Below, in pieces: positions 38,537-52,500 of a DNA stretch of 64,000 nt (positions are counted from its first letter, which is position 1; each line of letters starts with the position of its first letter). The notes under the pieces were generated by a model that worked only from the letters and a program-made list of their open reading frames with translations, was not told the origin of the DNA and searched no databases. Origin of the DNA: Laetmonice hystrix (Eukaryota); NCBI GenBank assembly GCA_965235115.1, contig OZ249437.1, positions 27,156,001-27,220,000 of the forward strand, read 5' to 3'. A program made the translations under genes and the position numbers.

Positions 38537-41500
38537 TAACCTGAAGGAGGTCGTGTAGACCAAGATAGTTTAGGGAAAGTTTCACGTCTCATCGTGTAGG
38601 ACACTTACAAATTTGTGTAGCGTTGGCATGTGGTCAGGTCTAGACATCTTGCAGTGTATGCAACATTTACAAATACACAATGTTACATTACCTGGGTCAC
38701 TACTTAGTAGCAGTAGTGTTCCCCACTTTCCTTGGAAAACTTAGGCCTGAGCATGTAACCGTGAAGCATAATATCGAAGAATCTAGTAATAATCAGTCTA
38801 GGTTCCCGATAGGAGCGGTATATAATCGCTATAGTAACGTCCGTCTTTTTGTAAATGTGCAATACATCATATACACCAATATGTGTTAAGAGGTACTAAG
38901 CCAGCGACACTACTAGCCCCACCAGGCTCATCATTATCATATAATGTCGTCTGCTTCATCAAGAAGAACGCCGTCAGCGTCCGTATGACGTCATGGCGCT
39001 CATGTGACGTCATGCATGCATGCGCACAAGCAGGCACATCTCATCTTCGGACGTGTTACAGTCAACATAAATATTATGAAAGAATAGACAAATGATATAT
39101 TATACTAGGGTAGTTGTCCATTCCAGGAAGATACCAGTTGTACATTTCGCTTTGAGCAGGTCTTTAATAAGAAACCCCCTTGTTGTATATATGTTGTTCT
39201 GCCCATGGCAAATCTGAAAGATCTACACCAGAGGCATAGTCTAGAGACTTCGACTGTCCGTCTATGCTAACCAGATGATTAGATAGACTTCGTAATGCTG
39301 TGAAAACGTACTCGTAGAACAAAGGTATAGTGTAATTATTACACAAAGTCTGAACCGATTATTGGTAAGAAGCCCATCCCATGGCCCTGGTGGATAGTCT
39401 GCCTTTTTGTCACTGTAGTTAAACCATTTTGAACTATTCAGCATGTATTTGTTGGAAAAATTCCCATCTTTAATCACTACGGGCCAGTCTTATTTCATAC
39501 TTTAATCGAATAGGTTTTGTGATAGCTCTAAAATGAACCTATTATGCATGGACATGCGTAGAGATAACCAGACTTTGTGCAAGTGAAAACAAAAATTACA
39601 AACGGTCCCAGTATTTAAACTGCACGTATAAAATACTCGTATTAAATAATCATTGAGAATAATGGAGGACACGGGCAGTGACGTGCCTCCGTGTGTGTAT
39701 ATATATGTCACTTTTAAATTGTGGTCTTTGAGAATATATACTACCTAGACAGAGCATAAACGGCCATAGAGAAGTATACATGAATGTACCGTCGAGAATC
39801 AGTAGTTTGTGGTCGTTACAGATTTTGTAAGTTGTGAACCCCGATGTAACATGTAGTCATTCTCGAGATGCCAAGGAAAACTGAAAAAACCGAGTCCTAT
39901 TTAAATAATAGCTCTACCCATATATGTGTGCGTATAGAAACGCCTCATGTTAAAACCAACGTCGTATGGAATGTAAAGTCTAGAAGTATGACGATCCTAC
40001 ATACATAACTTTAACGTCCCACGAAAGGAAATCCACGAGGAGAGGAAGTAATTAGTCGCAGACTAGTCATTCCGGGCTAAAGTCAGACCGAGCAGGGATT
40101 GAAGAAATGGGTCGTAGCTGAAAGGTTTGACCTCCCAGAGGAAGCGCGAGAACCGGACAGGTGGGGGCATGTTGACTGTAATGTATTGTATTGGTTCCAA
40201 GTCGTTTGCCAGGTCTCCCTTCGTACCGTAAAACCTTCAGATATACTTGAAAGTTGTTTCCACAACAGACCGCCAGGGGTTCTTGGTGCGTCGACGTCAA
40301 GTCCCGCGCGATGACGTCACGTGACGCCGCGTCCCCCGCGTCTGTCGTGTTACGTTGTTGTCCTCACTGCTTGCTTCAACCGGCGGCTGCCCTCCCACCC
40401 TCCCCCAGCACGTGCGTATACGCCTTCTAGTGGCACCTACCATTTCTGTTGTATGTGGAATGTTTATTTATTTTATATGCCAGTGTCGTTTTATCCCCAT
40501 TTCAATTGCTGTAATTGCAAATGGTTATAAAACGTATGTGTCTGTGGGGTGTAACCGTCATACCGTATTTGCCACTGGAAACAACGATTCGAACCTAGAT
40601 TTTATCAATATTTTCTGAAGAAAATTCAGAAATATACAACCCCCCCCCCCCCACGTCTCTCCGTGTAGGGCTTCTCTACTGGAATCCGGGTAGTCTGTCA
40701 AGTAACAAATACCCAATAGGCGGCGTCGCCGACATTTAAAGGCTGCCACCTAACGCCAGTTGCAGGAACGGTCCCGCCCCCATGTGGCAAAAACGTTCAG
40801 TTCTTCCTCATCGGTGCTAGAAAACCCATGTCAAAGGATCATTTAGGTCACAGGACTCGGAGAACAGAAATTTATTGTTTAGGGGGTGTATAACTCACTT
40901 GAGGAGAAAAGGGGGGTCGGATCCCCCGAGCCCGTTGGAAAGCCCCGAGTCAACATTAAACATGTCTAAATTAATTTTTTTTTCTCAAACGTATACATTT
41001 TTTTCAGTGGTCATTGATCTAATAAAAAGTTAGCTTTCAATGTTTCTGAACCTTTTTTAAAAAAAATTATCGACATAAATAAAGACAGCGTGGCAACATC
41101 TTCAGTAGAGCATCGAGTGAGTTCCGTCTTATAGATCGCCAAGTGTTAATACACCATCCCGAATATTACCTCATTTTGTAACACTACAGTCTACCTATTT
41201 AACGATGTCAGAATGATAAGGAATGGAATGAAAGGATATGTACATTGTCAGATAGGAAAACTATGTCTCTCTGCGGTCATGACAGCAGTCGTCTCTGTAC
41301 GTATTTATGATTGTAGTGCTATGATTGGCCAAGAATATTTATTGTTTGCATTTGTATGTAGATTAATTTTAGTGTCAGAACCGACAGAGAAAGCTTGAAG
41401 TGACGGAGAAAGATTCACACATAATGGAGAGTGACGAGTATTTGAAGTACACCATGATATGTCAGTTAGCCCGTTGTAAACTTTCCGGTTCGACTCTCTA

Positions 41501-43548
41501 TGTCCGACTTTGTTTTTTGATGTGACACTGTGTACAGCTGACCTGCCAACTACGATCGAATAAATTGATCTAGAAACAAGTTGAAACGTTTTTATTCCGC
41601 TGAAAACTGGGGCGACGTTCTTTGTAGGCTCATTTGTGTGCATGTTAATCCTTTTCTACAGATATTTTTTATCTTTTACCTCAAAACTACGTTTCCTCTA
41701 AGTTTCACTCGTACTACTTTAAAACGTCAGATGAAGGAAATGGTTGGACCTGCTTCAAATATTGTTTGGAAATTGGTGTTCAAACCTGGCAGTCTCCATG
41801 TTTATTTGTGTGGCGGTGACCTCGTTAAGGGTTGAAAAGGTCAAATGAAAACACTGCCTCAAGCGAAATCAATAATATCTGGAAAATGCCCTTTTAAATG
41901 GCCAAACGTTACGTACCGAGGAATCTATTCCAGTTCAATCGTTCGTATACACAGCGACAATTCTAAACCCTTTTTTATTAAATTGTGGAAACGAATAACA
42001 GCGTCGGCTGCAGTGTTAACGATGTCCAACGATTGCTACTTGCACACTATATTAATTCCAGATTTTACTGATGTCTATCTCACATTGTTTTGCCGATAAC
42101 TTCCTTTGTACTCATATATATGCGATGCATCTTCTGTATAGCGCGTTATGACTTTTTCCAAACTTCAAAGGCTTATATTAAGAAAGGTATACTGTCTATT
42201 CTGTAGGTTATTTTACTGAGAGATCAACAGTAACACAAAAAGTAGCTATATACAACAGCTAGAGATCTCCACCGTTTTTTATATCAACTAGGGAGGACAC
42301 CATTCATGAATACAAAACAGTTCATGTCCACTTTTGTTGCGCAATTGGATGCCACTACCCAGGGACTGTGTCCTAATCCAGCTAGGCTCACTAGGCTAAG
42401 TGGGCCACTTATTAAAGGAGTACTCGCGCCGTCAGTAAAGCATGATCCAAATCAGGATCTATTGCTTCGGTCAATGGTGACAAAACATGTCTTGTTACCT
42501 TATAAATGCTGGAGGTATTCTCCTTGCCATGTCTGCACAGCTTTAAATTTATAGGTGAATGTTTAATCTGAATAATTCTCTCGCTGTTGATCGAAGGGCG
42601 AAGCCAGGATTTTATCGTGCTCCCAACCGATTTTGTCAAGTGAGATTGCATCCGCCTTAGGGAAAAAAGTTTTAGCTGTTTTTGGGGCACCTTTGTATAT
42701 CCGAAACAAGCAAGAAAAAACCTGAAGAGGATGCGCAATATTTTACCCGCTTGGTCCGTAAGTACCATTGCTCATTCTGGAAATAATACCTTCATCCTTC
42801 ACCATAAGATCAAGGTCGCAAGGAAAGTTGCCCTCCAGCTGTGCGTTTCACAACAATCGTAACCCTGTCGTGCGTAAAAATCCCCATTGAAAATACGTTG
42901 GCGTTTACGATACGACAAGCTACCGACAGGTTGTGAAACGTCAGGATGTGCAGGGCATGTTCAGAGTAAGTGCAGAGCATGCGTATACGTGTATGCGCAA
43001 AACATGCTAAGAGCATGCGCAAAGCAAGGTATGGTGCGGCGCTGCCGAATTCGACCTGAGCTGGTAGTATATCTCCGTGACCTCTGACCCAGCGTTAGGC
43101 TACTATTTTTGTCGTCAGCAAATTCGATCGTATTTCTGCCAAGGTATCCTTTAAAGGCTCACTAGGCTAAGTGCGCTCTAAACATAATTATGTTGGCTGC
43201 AGCGGTGAAGAACATGCAGGTTACGAACTAAGATAAACTCACCTATGCCAAGCGCCTCTAGCCGAACAGCCCCTAGCGTTGACGCATGCATGTGTCGAGA
43301 TTTTTAATAACCTCTTGAGACGTCCTCGTTCCTTTAAAAACGATCGGGTGGTCGCAAAGGCGCGTTTTTAGTGTTTGTATCACTTCTCATGGACCCGGCA
43401 AGATTCTGCCATTTATGAAGTTACATAATCGTTCTTGTGTAGATCTATAGGAAGAAGCAGACGTATGTATGTAACAAAGCAAAGAGGATCTCGGAGGTTA
43501 TGATTTAGGCGACCCATGCATGATAAAAGGGCCTTTCGGGTACACTAT

Positions 43549-43731
43549 GGCCCGGTTTCTCGAAAATACTTAAATCTGAGTTTCACTCAAATCTACTTAA
43601 CTCAGAGTGAGGCGTTCCAAAGAACGTTTTTAGCCAATGTGAATCCTCCATTTCATTCCATTTTGGCGCCATTCCTGAGTTGAGTAGATTTGAGTGAAAC
43701 TCAGACTTAAGTATTTTCGAGAAACCGGGCC
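43549..43731. mobile_element. MITE with 57-bp terminal inverted repeats (possibly PIF/Harbinger-like)
   Basis: 43549-43605 versus 43675-43731 differ at 2 of 57 positions; termini ggcccgg...ccgggcc. The superfamily is a guess and the TSD is not clear. Confidence 0.8.
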
Positions 43732-46025
43732 CATGAACATTATTTTAGAAACCAGCAGGACCACAACGAGGTTGGAACCGGAAACTTGGAAAGGTCCTGC
43801 GCGCGCCCTGGTGACAGAAATAGTTCGGTTGGGTTTAATAGAACGACCCAGTCCGTATACAACACGGCCTAGTTAGGTGAAACCTCACAGCCACAGCTCA
43901 TCATCCCTCATAGATGTCAACATTTTTATTTATTACTAAATCGCTGAGACAATTCGGTGCCAATTTAGGTCATTTCCATGCCCTTTGGAACTGTGCCTGC
44001 CATGCGAACTAGACGCCTCACATATTAACTTTGATCTCTCCGAGAAGATCATTGACGTACAATACGTGGCTATTTTCTATTCTTGTCAGCAGAGGGCCTC
44101 AACTAGCGATACAGGGGACTTGTCAATGGCTACACAAAAAGTTGCCGCAGTAGCAACCCGATGTACTTTGACGAGACAATACCTGTGGGCTTTGGGCCAA
44201 AGTGGGTCACAATTAATGCTTTCTCTCACGTTTGTTTGTCTTTAAACGGAATGCATGCGGCATGCACGGATATAACATGAACATGTATGAACCTGGAGTT
44301 AGGCCTATAAAAGAATGCTGGTAAAATACAGGGGCCTGATAGTTTAACTTATCCATTGCTTGGAATGTTTCATTTGATTCGTATAGGATGCTACTGAACT
44401 AATCCACATTCCGAGGGTCTTTACGTGCTGTAACTACATCTAATCTTCGTCGGTATGAACAAAAAAGGGAGGGGGTTGGAGCTTAGAACAAAACAATATT
44501 TATTTCATCAAGCACTCATGGTAAATGTTGTCCCTTCCACAGTCATTCCTGTAGAATCCATGCGGCCACTGGAAAATAATGAGTCAGGGAAAATCTGAAC
44601 ATTCGATGGAACATTTGATTTTGAGCTTTATCGAGAGCTGCCTAAAAGCTGTATCATACTAGGATGTGTCCGACCGTTTTTGTGGAACTAGTAAACTCCA
44701 GTATTGTTGTTTCACGGACCCTGTTTGTGCCACAATGATAAAATGCCCGGGGCAGAGCCATGTTGGCGGGTAGAAACAACGATTCTGTGAACTGGACACA
44801 ATGTCAGTGTCCGTGTTGGTCGGCTGGCCCCTCCGCCCCGCTCCCACAGTCCATGTCGTGCAGCGCTACCTGTTGGCAGTTTTCCGTTTGAAGTTTTTGG
44901 CGTGGGGCCAGTCACGGCCAAAACCGCTCCGCTGCTATGTCACTGAATTTATGTCATCGACGATCTGTCAACTTTGATCGGGAGGGCTGTTATTGTTATT
45001 TTCAAAAAGGTCAGTTGGCTGCGGTACGGGGAGCCCCATTTGGTGACAGGACTGGTGGTCGTTGATTACGACTCTTACAAATACCACTGGACGATCTGTA
45101 CCAACCTCAAATATTCTATACGTTTTCCGAAGAGGATCCTTGTCAACCGTCAAAAATTGAAGGTTTTGTCAACCATGGTATAGGACTACACGTATTTGTG
45201 AATATGCATGCGTATACCTAGATCTGGAAATGTTGTTAAAAATGATATTCCGAGAGAAGAAAGGAAGGAAAGTAATGGGGTAATTTTTATTCATCAAAGA
45301 CTGCATTTGTCAATACAAGTTTACGTATTATAACAAAAACAGAATGTTTTGTAATGTTACCTTTCACACCGTCTATTTATTCTCACAAAATCATACACTT
45401 AGCCCCAAAAAGCATTTGGTTCAACAACGTGTCCAAATTGGATAAACAGACCATTTTCTCACTTCTACATGAAGAAGTGCATGTACTGCTCTAACTCTCC
45501 CAGAACTGATGCAAGGGCGATGCCCACCGTGACGTCCAAACACGACAAGTGGAAGGTCATCTATATCTGAAAAATAAACATTAAAATTATAGTGGGTAGT
45601 TTTAGATACATAACACACCCATTACATGCTTTTCATTGCATGAGGAGGGATGTAGAGGAGGGGTGCACCTGCAAGAGGAGGGGTGTAGAGGACTTGAATG
45701 AAGAGGAGGGGTGTGGAGGACTTGCATGAAGAAGAGGTGTAGAGGCATGGAGAGTACAGTTGTACAGGATCAAGATGCCCAGGAAAGGTGTAGAGGACCT
45801 ACAAGTATCGGACAGTATATAGAGGGCCTACAGGAAGAGCAGCAGAAGAGCAAAGACCAGCACAATTTGTCGAGACCTGAGTGATGTCCGTTAAGGGCCA
45901 TAATATGCACTGGAACGTCCAGCCGGCCAATCTTTGAATTGTTGAAAATCTTCTTGAAAAATCGTTGAAAAGCTAACGTAAAGTCATGCAACATGCCAAT
46001 AGGATAACACTGTTGCATACGTTAT

Positions 46026-46318
46026 GGCATCCGTTACGGCATCCGTTACGGCGTCTGTCATCCGTTCTGGTCTTCCTTGACGGCATCCGTTACGGCATCC
46101 GTTACGGCATCCGTTACAACACCCGTCATCCGTTCTGGCCTTCCCTGACGGCATCCGTTATACGGAATCCGCTGCGGCATCCGTTATGGCATCCGTTACG
46201 GCATCCGTTACGGCATCCGTTACGGCATCCGTTACGACACCCGTCATCCGTTCTTGTCTTCTCTGACGGCATCCGTTATACGGAATTCGCTGCGGCATCC
46301 GTTATGGCATCCGTACGG
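46026..46318. repeat. 12-bp tandem array (ggcatccgttac) with higher-order interruptions
   Basis: Many ggcatccgtta(c/t) units, interrupted three times by a related gtcatccgttct.g.cttc..tgac module. Confidence 0.9.
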
Positions 46319-49300
46319 TAGCGAGCTACTCCCGTACATCAGATAACCTTTCAATAATTATGTAGATCTATGCATACCGAAGCTTCTCTATCGTGTTCCC
46401 TGTATGAGAGTATAGGACACCTGACAGGAATGTCGACATGCGAATTAAGCAGCTCAAGCATCTTACTGACCTCAATAAGATACGGCGTTGTCGTATGCAG
46501 GTGTGAGTAGCTGACACAGACGTGCATGAAAATAGAAAACATAAAAACAGTTTGAAATACGTGAGGCCATAATAAACCTTTAGAGTGACACGTTGTCGTC
46601 AAACCTACCGAATCGTTCGTTGGTCCTGAGTTCAAGTTTACCTGGCTGAGATCACTCAAAAACGCATGTGTGACTCTATTAAAGGCATTATCTTTTCACT
46701 CCGTTGTGATATTGAGTGCAATGTAAAGAGGCGAATTTTTTATCAATTCACTTTCCGGATGCGTCCTTTTGTTTTAAGATAAACGAAATGTCTCACTCTT
46801 GTACTTTCTTCCTAGCGTTTTTACATTATTTTTTGAGATTAGTTTCTCTGTGGGATTTTCTTAGCATTTTCTCCTTTTTTCAGGGGGGGGGGGGCGTTTG
46901 AGGATAGCAAGAAGCATGCTCTTATCAAGAAATGATAGCCCTTCTTTAACTGGTAAGTTCAAGCCTGTCGCTGTAGCACCAGCTCTTATCTTAGCATTTA
47001 TGATGTGTGTGAGTAGCGTTTTCATCAACAAAATTTTACTATTATGGGCAACAAAACGACCTGTGCGTTGCATACTCATCAGTCTTCAATACTATGGAAT
47101 GCCATGTCACCATTAAAACCACAATCTGATTCTCGCGCAGGGAATTTCAAATTTATATATTATCTGAATACTCTCAAGTACTGTGACTGCCAGACGTGTC
47201 CATCAACTTCTAAAAATTGCGAGATAAATTTGAGGCGTCAGATTGTGACATCGGTCTGACAGTCTCAGCTACACGCCGCGGTCGTGCTGGTTCGAGTTGC
47301 AGGCGGTTTCTGCACGTACACGACTGGTCAGCACTCAGGAGACGTTTATGACCGTTGACACAATCAGCTGAAAATACTGTGGCTGGCGGCAGGCATCGCT
47401 TTCAGATTACAGACAACATTGAGGATGCATCGGCATCCAATCAAATTAGCATGGAGCCAGAGCTTGTGCCGATGGTGACCCTCACGGCAAGAGGTTCCCG
47501 GCTTTCGGTGTATTTGACTGTCAGTGTCTTCAATAGACTGCTGAACAGGGATCGTCTCGTCAAACGAGACTTTTGTTTATTTTGTCTTAACTTTTTATCT
47601 TCGATGTATGTAATCCAACCAAACACGATTCTTATCTTATTCTTAAACAGTCAGGGACATGTATCGTCGTTACACTACATCAGCAGATACTTAAAGTGTA
47701 TACTCTTATAAAGTCATTGATAAAAAACTAAATACCCACCCACACCCACACCCACCCACCACACCCACCACACGCATACACGCAACCACCCACGCATACA
47801 TACATAAGAACAGATTTGGATTGATACACGTTTTTATTACAATACACTATAACACACAGATGACAGAATTGACTGACACGTATAATGTTTATAAACACAT
47901 TGATTGATATGATTCTGATGCATTTCAAAGATACTGAAATAACTGCAGAGGTAACGGTAACGAAGGTTTACTTCGCAACATCCGAAAATAACCCATGCGT
48001 TTCCATGGGAACCGTCGTATACCGCGCTCCCACCGTAATCAACTACATGTATAAACAATCTCAAAGGTTTCCATGGCATTAATATGTACATCCTGTAGAT
48101 ATCTGATCGCTATGGTTAGAATAAGGTTAAGTACCACTCGTCTTGTAAAATCATGGCAGTCTGATGTGTAAAAAAGATTAATGTGCCAACTAGATGGGCA
48201 CACTGAGGATGTGCCATCTAGATGAGCACACTGAGGAAGAATTACAGGGCAATAATTGCGGTTATATTTTCCGAAGGCCGTAATGAACGTGTTTAAGTAT
48301 TCACACTATAACCTGGCCGATTTATGAAGCAAAAAGTGCCATTAAATAGGACGAAACAGAACTAAGCACAAAATATTGTTTCGGTATTGGCGTTCACTAT
48401 AGGAAGCAGTCCAAGCATTTAGCATCGCTTCATATACATATACTAGGGTTGATTGGTGTCGTAACTGAATGCAGTTAGAAAATAAAAACCAAATGTATAG
48501 CTAAACCGCCGCTTTGCTTCAGCTTGTTTTTGATTACGGCTGTTTTGTGTAATGTATTCTTTGTACACACGTCCACACAGGCACGGCCACCATTACCACA
48601 GTGCACCGCTCCAAGTCATTTTGTCCATGCCCCTCCTTTGTCAGGTGACACTTAACTGTTTTAATATTGTTATTTTGATCTAGGCCGCTTGCCAGCCGTG
48701 CCCCAGGATCAGCTACCATTAACTGCCGTCGGGCTCGCCTAGAGCTATTCGACCTACAGCAGGGCGTCGCTAAATTTCTAAACACTGCGATACAAAGGAC
48801 AGCATATCAAAATAAGTAATAAATTACCTAACTGCGCACGCATGTGTGAATGCATGTCATTCAGTACTGAAACTTAACATGGATTGAAAGCTTCATATGG
48901 GATAACAAAGTCTGGTTGTTGATGTGAAAATATTTGGCGTTATATATTTACATTTTATACAAGTCTATTCGTCAGAATACAAATTATTTGTTAAGTGATA
49001 TCTCTGTACCATTATGATTTGTCAGATACGAGAATCATCTATTAAAGCCCTGACAGTTTTGATCCATCCGGTATATGTATATTAATACGATGCTGAATCT
49101 ACCAAGGGTCGAGTTCCTATACTTGTATCCCAGAATGGTATTGAATGAATGCTCCACCACATTCTCTATTTCGTTTCATAAGCCATCGTGCCATTAATTA
49201 TGGACATTGCTACAAATTATGATATGTCTCCGTCCCTTTAGACACATGTTTTGATAGTAAGAATGTAAGACGGCAGAGGTAATTTGGTGGTCCAACGCGC

Positions 49301-49542
49301 TAACATCATTTATCGTATTAAAATTCTTTGATTCTTCTAAAATCTTTGAAATTTAGCTTGTCGTTCAGTGTCTGTGCATACTTTGTGTAAAACTCGAGCC
49401 GCTACCAGATATAACATCCAGGACGGATTAGTAAATATTCAATATGTGTCTACATCTCTGAACAAATACAGGTCCTCCATTGAATATTATTAGGCGGAGT
49501 CACGGCATATAATGGAGACTGTGACGTCATAGAAGCCACTCG

Positions 49543-52500
49543 TTACAGTTCAGTCACCATGGTATCCCCAACGGTATACTGCATCAACATTTCTCCACTC
49601 TTACCGTCTTTAATTTTCACGGGTTGAAGAGTGGCAGTATTCATGTCATATAAATACTGTCGTTCTAAGGCGGCCACCTCCTCGTCAGCGATGCCCAGGG
49701 ATTTCTCCTGATCGTCGTATTCGATTGGTTTGTAACCGATTGAGGTCTCTTCGACTACATCGGGACCCGCGACAAGTATAGTGTTACCCTCGGGAATGTC
49801 GCCCTGTATGTCATCACCACCCTCCTCGTTTTCCTCATCACTCTCCACTTTTGAACTCTCGAAATGTTCTGTGGTTAAGTCAACTTCCACAAAGCTCTCC
49901 TCTCCCATTTCTTCGGTTGTCTGTTTCCGTTTAGGACTTTCCGCATCTGGAACGTAGTCAACAGTTTTTGTCATTTGTTGTTCCGTTGTAGTGACTTTCA
50001 GCAGGTTTCCCTCTTCGTCCTGCACGATTTCCGAATGAACTTTTGGCGGGAGTTGTTGACTCTCAGATTTTGTGGCCACACTGCGTCGTTTGATGTGTTC
50101 AGCCTCCACACCGGGAAGGGTATCTGGAAGGGAGTCATTGTCGTGTTCTCTCTTGGATGCTTCGTCGGAATCTTGAGACATGTTGAGAAACAGTTCGCTT
50201 GACTCAACAGGTGTCCATTGCGGCACCGTAAAGTATATATTTCCAGGGTCAAACCGTGACACAAACCGTTTTGACCTGTCCGATTTGCGGGTCATTGATT
50301 CCTGAGAGGTGACTGGTCCAGACAACTGGATGTCGGCTTCTGTTTTGTAATGTTTGTGATGCTTCACGGCACCATCGATATCCGGTAACTCAAACGAATG
50401 GAGTTTATCGATACGCATCTGACTTGTATTGTCAGACGAAGAGTATCCGGAAGAATTTGTGCTAGTCACAGTATGGTCCTCTTTAACAGGCCGCGAGTAT
50501 GTTGTCGTGTGCACTTCTGATTTCTTGCTTATATTGTCCTTCGGTCCAGACTGTCGAATGTAGGTGGTCGAGTGTTGGCTTCCCTTGGGTGGTGATTTTA
50601 GACGTGTGTAGGTGGTAATCGTTTTCCCTGTGGTCACCCCACGCCCTCCCCCTTCCGTTCCATTCATCTGGCGATTACCGGCTACATCAAGAACGTGCGT
50701 ACTCGAGAACTTCTTGTTATCAGCCGGTTTATCCTCTCGCGTCACAGTGATGTATCGTTCGGTTTTTTCATTCGTTGTCCTGTTCCTTGTTTTATCAGTA
50801 GCCGACGCGGTTTCTCTGGGGGCAGGGCTCATTATCTGTCGCTCGTAAATAGTCCTGTAGCGGCCGCTTGTCGGCGACGAAAGGTTGGAGCTGTCGCTAA
50901 CCGTGGTCACAATTTCACTTTTGTTGACCTTTTGAGCGTCGCCTCCAGTATTCTTGGAATGTTCACTCCATGACTGAACCCCCCTTTCCTCCAGAATTCC
51001 TGCCCCTCCTATTTTGCCCTCGGCAGACAAGGATTCCAACCCGCGTGACGTCACGAAACCGTCACGAGAATTGGCGAGAGCCGGGACAGAGCCCGACTGC
51101 ACCATGACGTTACCTCCCTCTCGGTGGATGTCCTTGACCTGCGTCACCTTCTGCTTCCGTCGGTCAACCACAGCTTCGTACTTCCCCGGAAAGACCCAGG
51201 GGACGAGTTCCGACGTCTTCCCGGTCTCTGAGGATGTCTTTCCACCCTGTGAACGTGAAAGGTTGAACTCAATCTCCTCAAAAATGGCCATTGAGAGACG
51301 TTGTTCCTTTTCCTCTATCTCGGTCCATTCGTATGTCTCCTCCTCGTCTGAATCCTCAGGTTCAGGCTCCGGTTCTGGCTCCGGCGCTGGCTGCCGAGGG
51401 GGAGGGGGAGCGTAGGTGCGTTCTACGATATCCATGATTGTCCTTTCAGGAGAGGCTCGCGTCGTGATTGGAATGTCTCGTGACAGTGAGGGCGGCTGGC
51501 TCTCCTGGACTCGGACCACCTCTTCAATCTCCCGCACCACCGAGTCGATAGCTGCATTAGAGGCGTGCATTTCGTTTATAGTTTGCTCTGCATCCAGTGC
51601 CCTTTGTTCTGCAGTTGTCAGCGCCCTATTCATCGCATTGACTTCATCATCCCAATCCTGCCCAGTCATGTCGGTTTGTACGCAGAATTCCGAGGTTTGA
51701 GGTGGGGCGGGGGGCAGAGACTGAACATGACGTTCTTTCGTGATGTAATGATGCGTTTCCCGGTGAACAGCCGGAGACGCCGGTCGCTCCGGCGGCTTCC
51801 TCGGCAGAATATGTTTGATTATTCGCTCCTTCTTTCGTTCTATTTTCTTTGGGGAAGAGGGCGATTTCTTTGGTTTGGCAATGTCCGGGGTTTGAGTCTG
51901 TTTGTGGTAGATCGTATACTCCTTGTGATCCGGCAGTATTGGATCCTCCGGTTGATATACCTGAACACCTTCTGATACCATATCTCTCACCTCATCTTCA
52001 TTCACATAGACGTTCATTAACTGCTGCCGTTCACCTCCGAAATTAGTTTCAATATCCTGAGCTGCGTATGTGATTTTGGGCATCCCTGGCTCTGGCTTAT
52101 GTTGATTGAACACATAAAAGTTCAGCACTTGATTCTTGTGCATGTTAACCGCCGGTTGTTGGCCTTTAACAGTATAAACTGGTTCTTGACGATCGAGAAG
52201 GTCGGCAACAATCATTGGTTCGTTACTATATGCACCATATTCATCGTCCTCTTGTATGGCAGGTAAGCTGATCGATTGCGCGATATCGTCTATTTCCTGG
52301 CGGGGGTAAACGTACGAAGGCGGTAGAGACAGAGGCAGACTTCTTACAAGTTCCCCTGTGTTCATGCGCAGGTCGATCCGTGTTGGCGAAGGCGTGGATT
52401 GTCTTGACGGATAGTCCTGGAGACTGTGCAGAGAATGCCACTGACCTGTGTATGAACCTAAATTCGCTTCCGAGGGTAAAGTGTTGTAATGTGGGTTATA

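Noticed and set aside
44950-45183. Beta-rich-looking ORF of about 70-78 aa
   Set aside because: No ATG start or convincing splice sites and no recognisable domain.
46026-46318. Repeat-spacer (CRISPR-like) pattern and the 111-aa RHPL ORF
   Set aside because: The interruptions are themselves repeated rather than unique; the ORF is a translation of the 12-mer.
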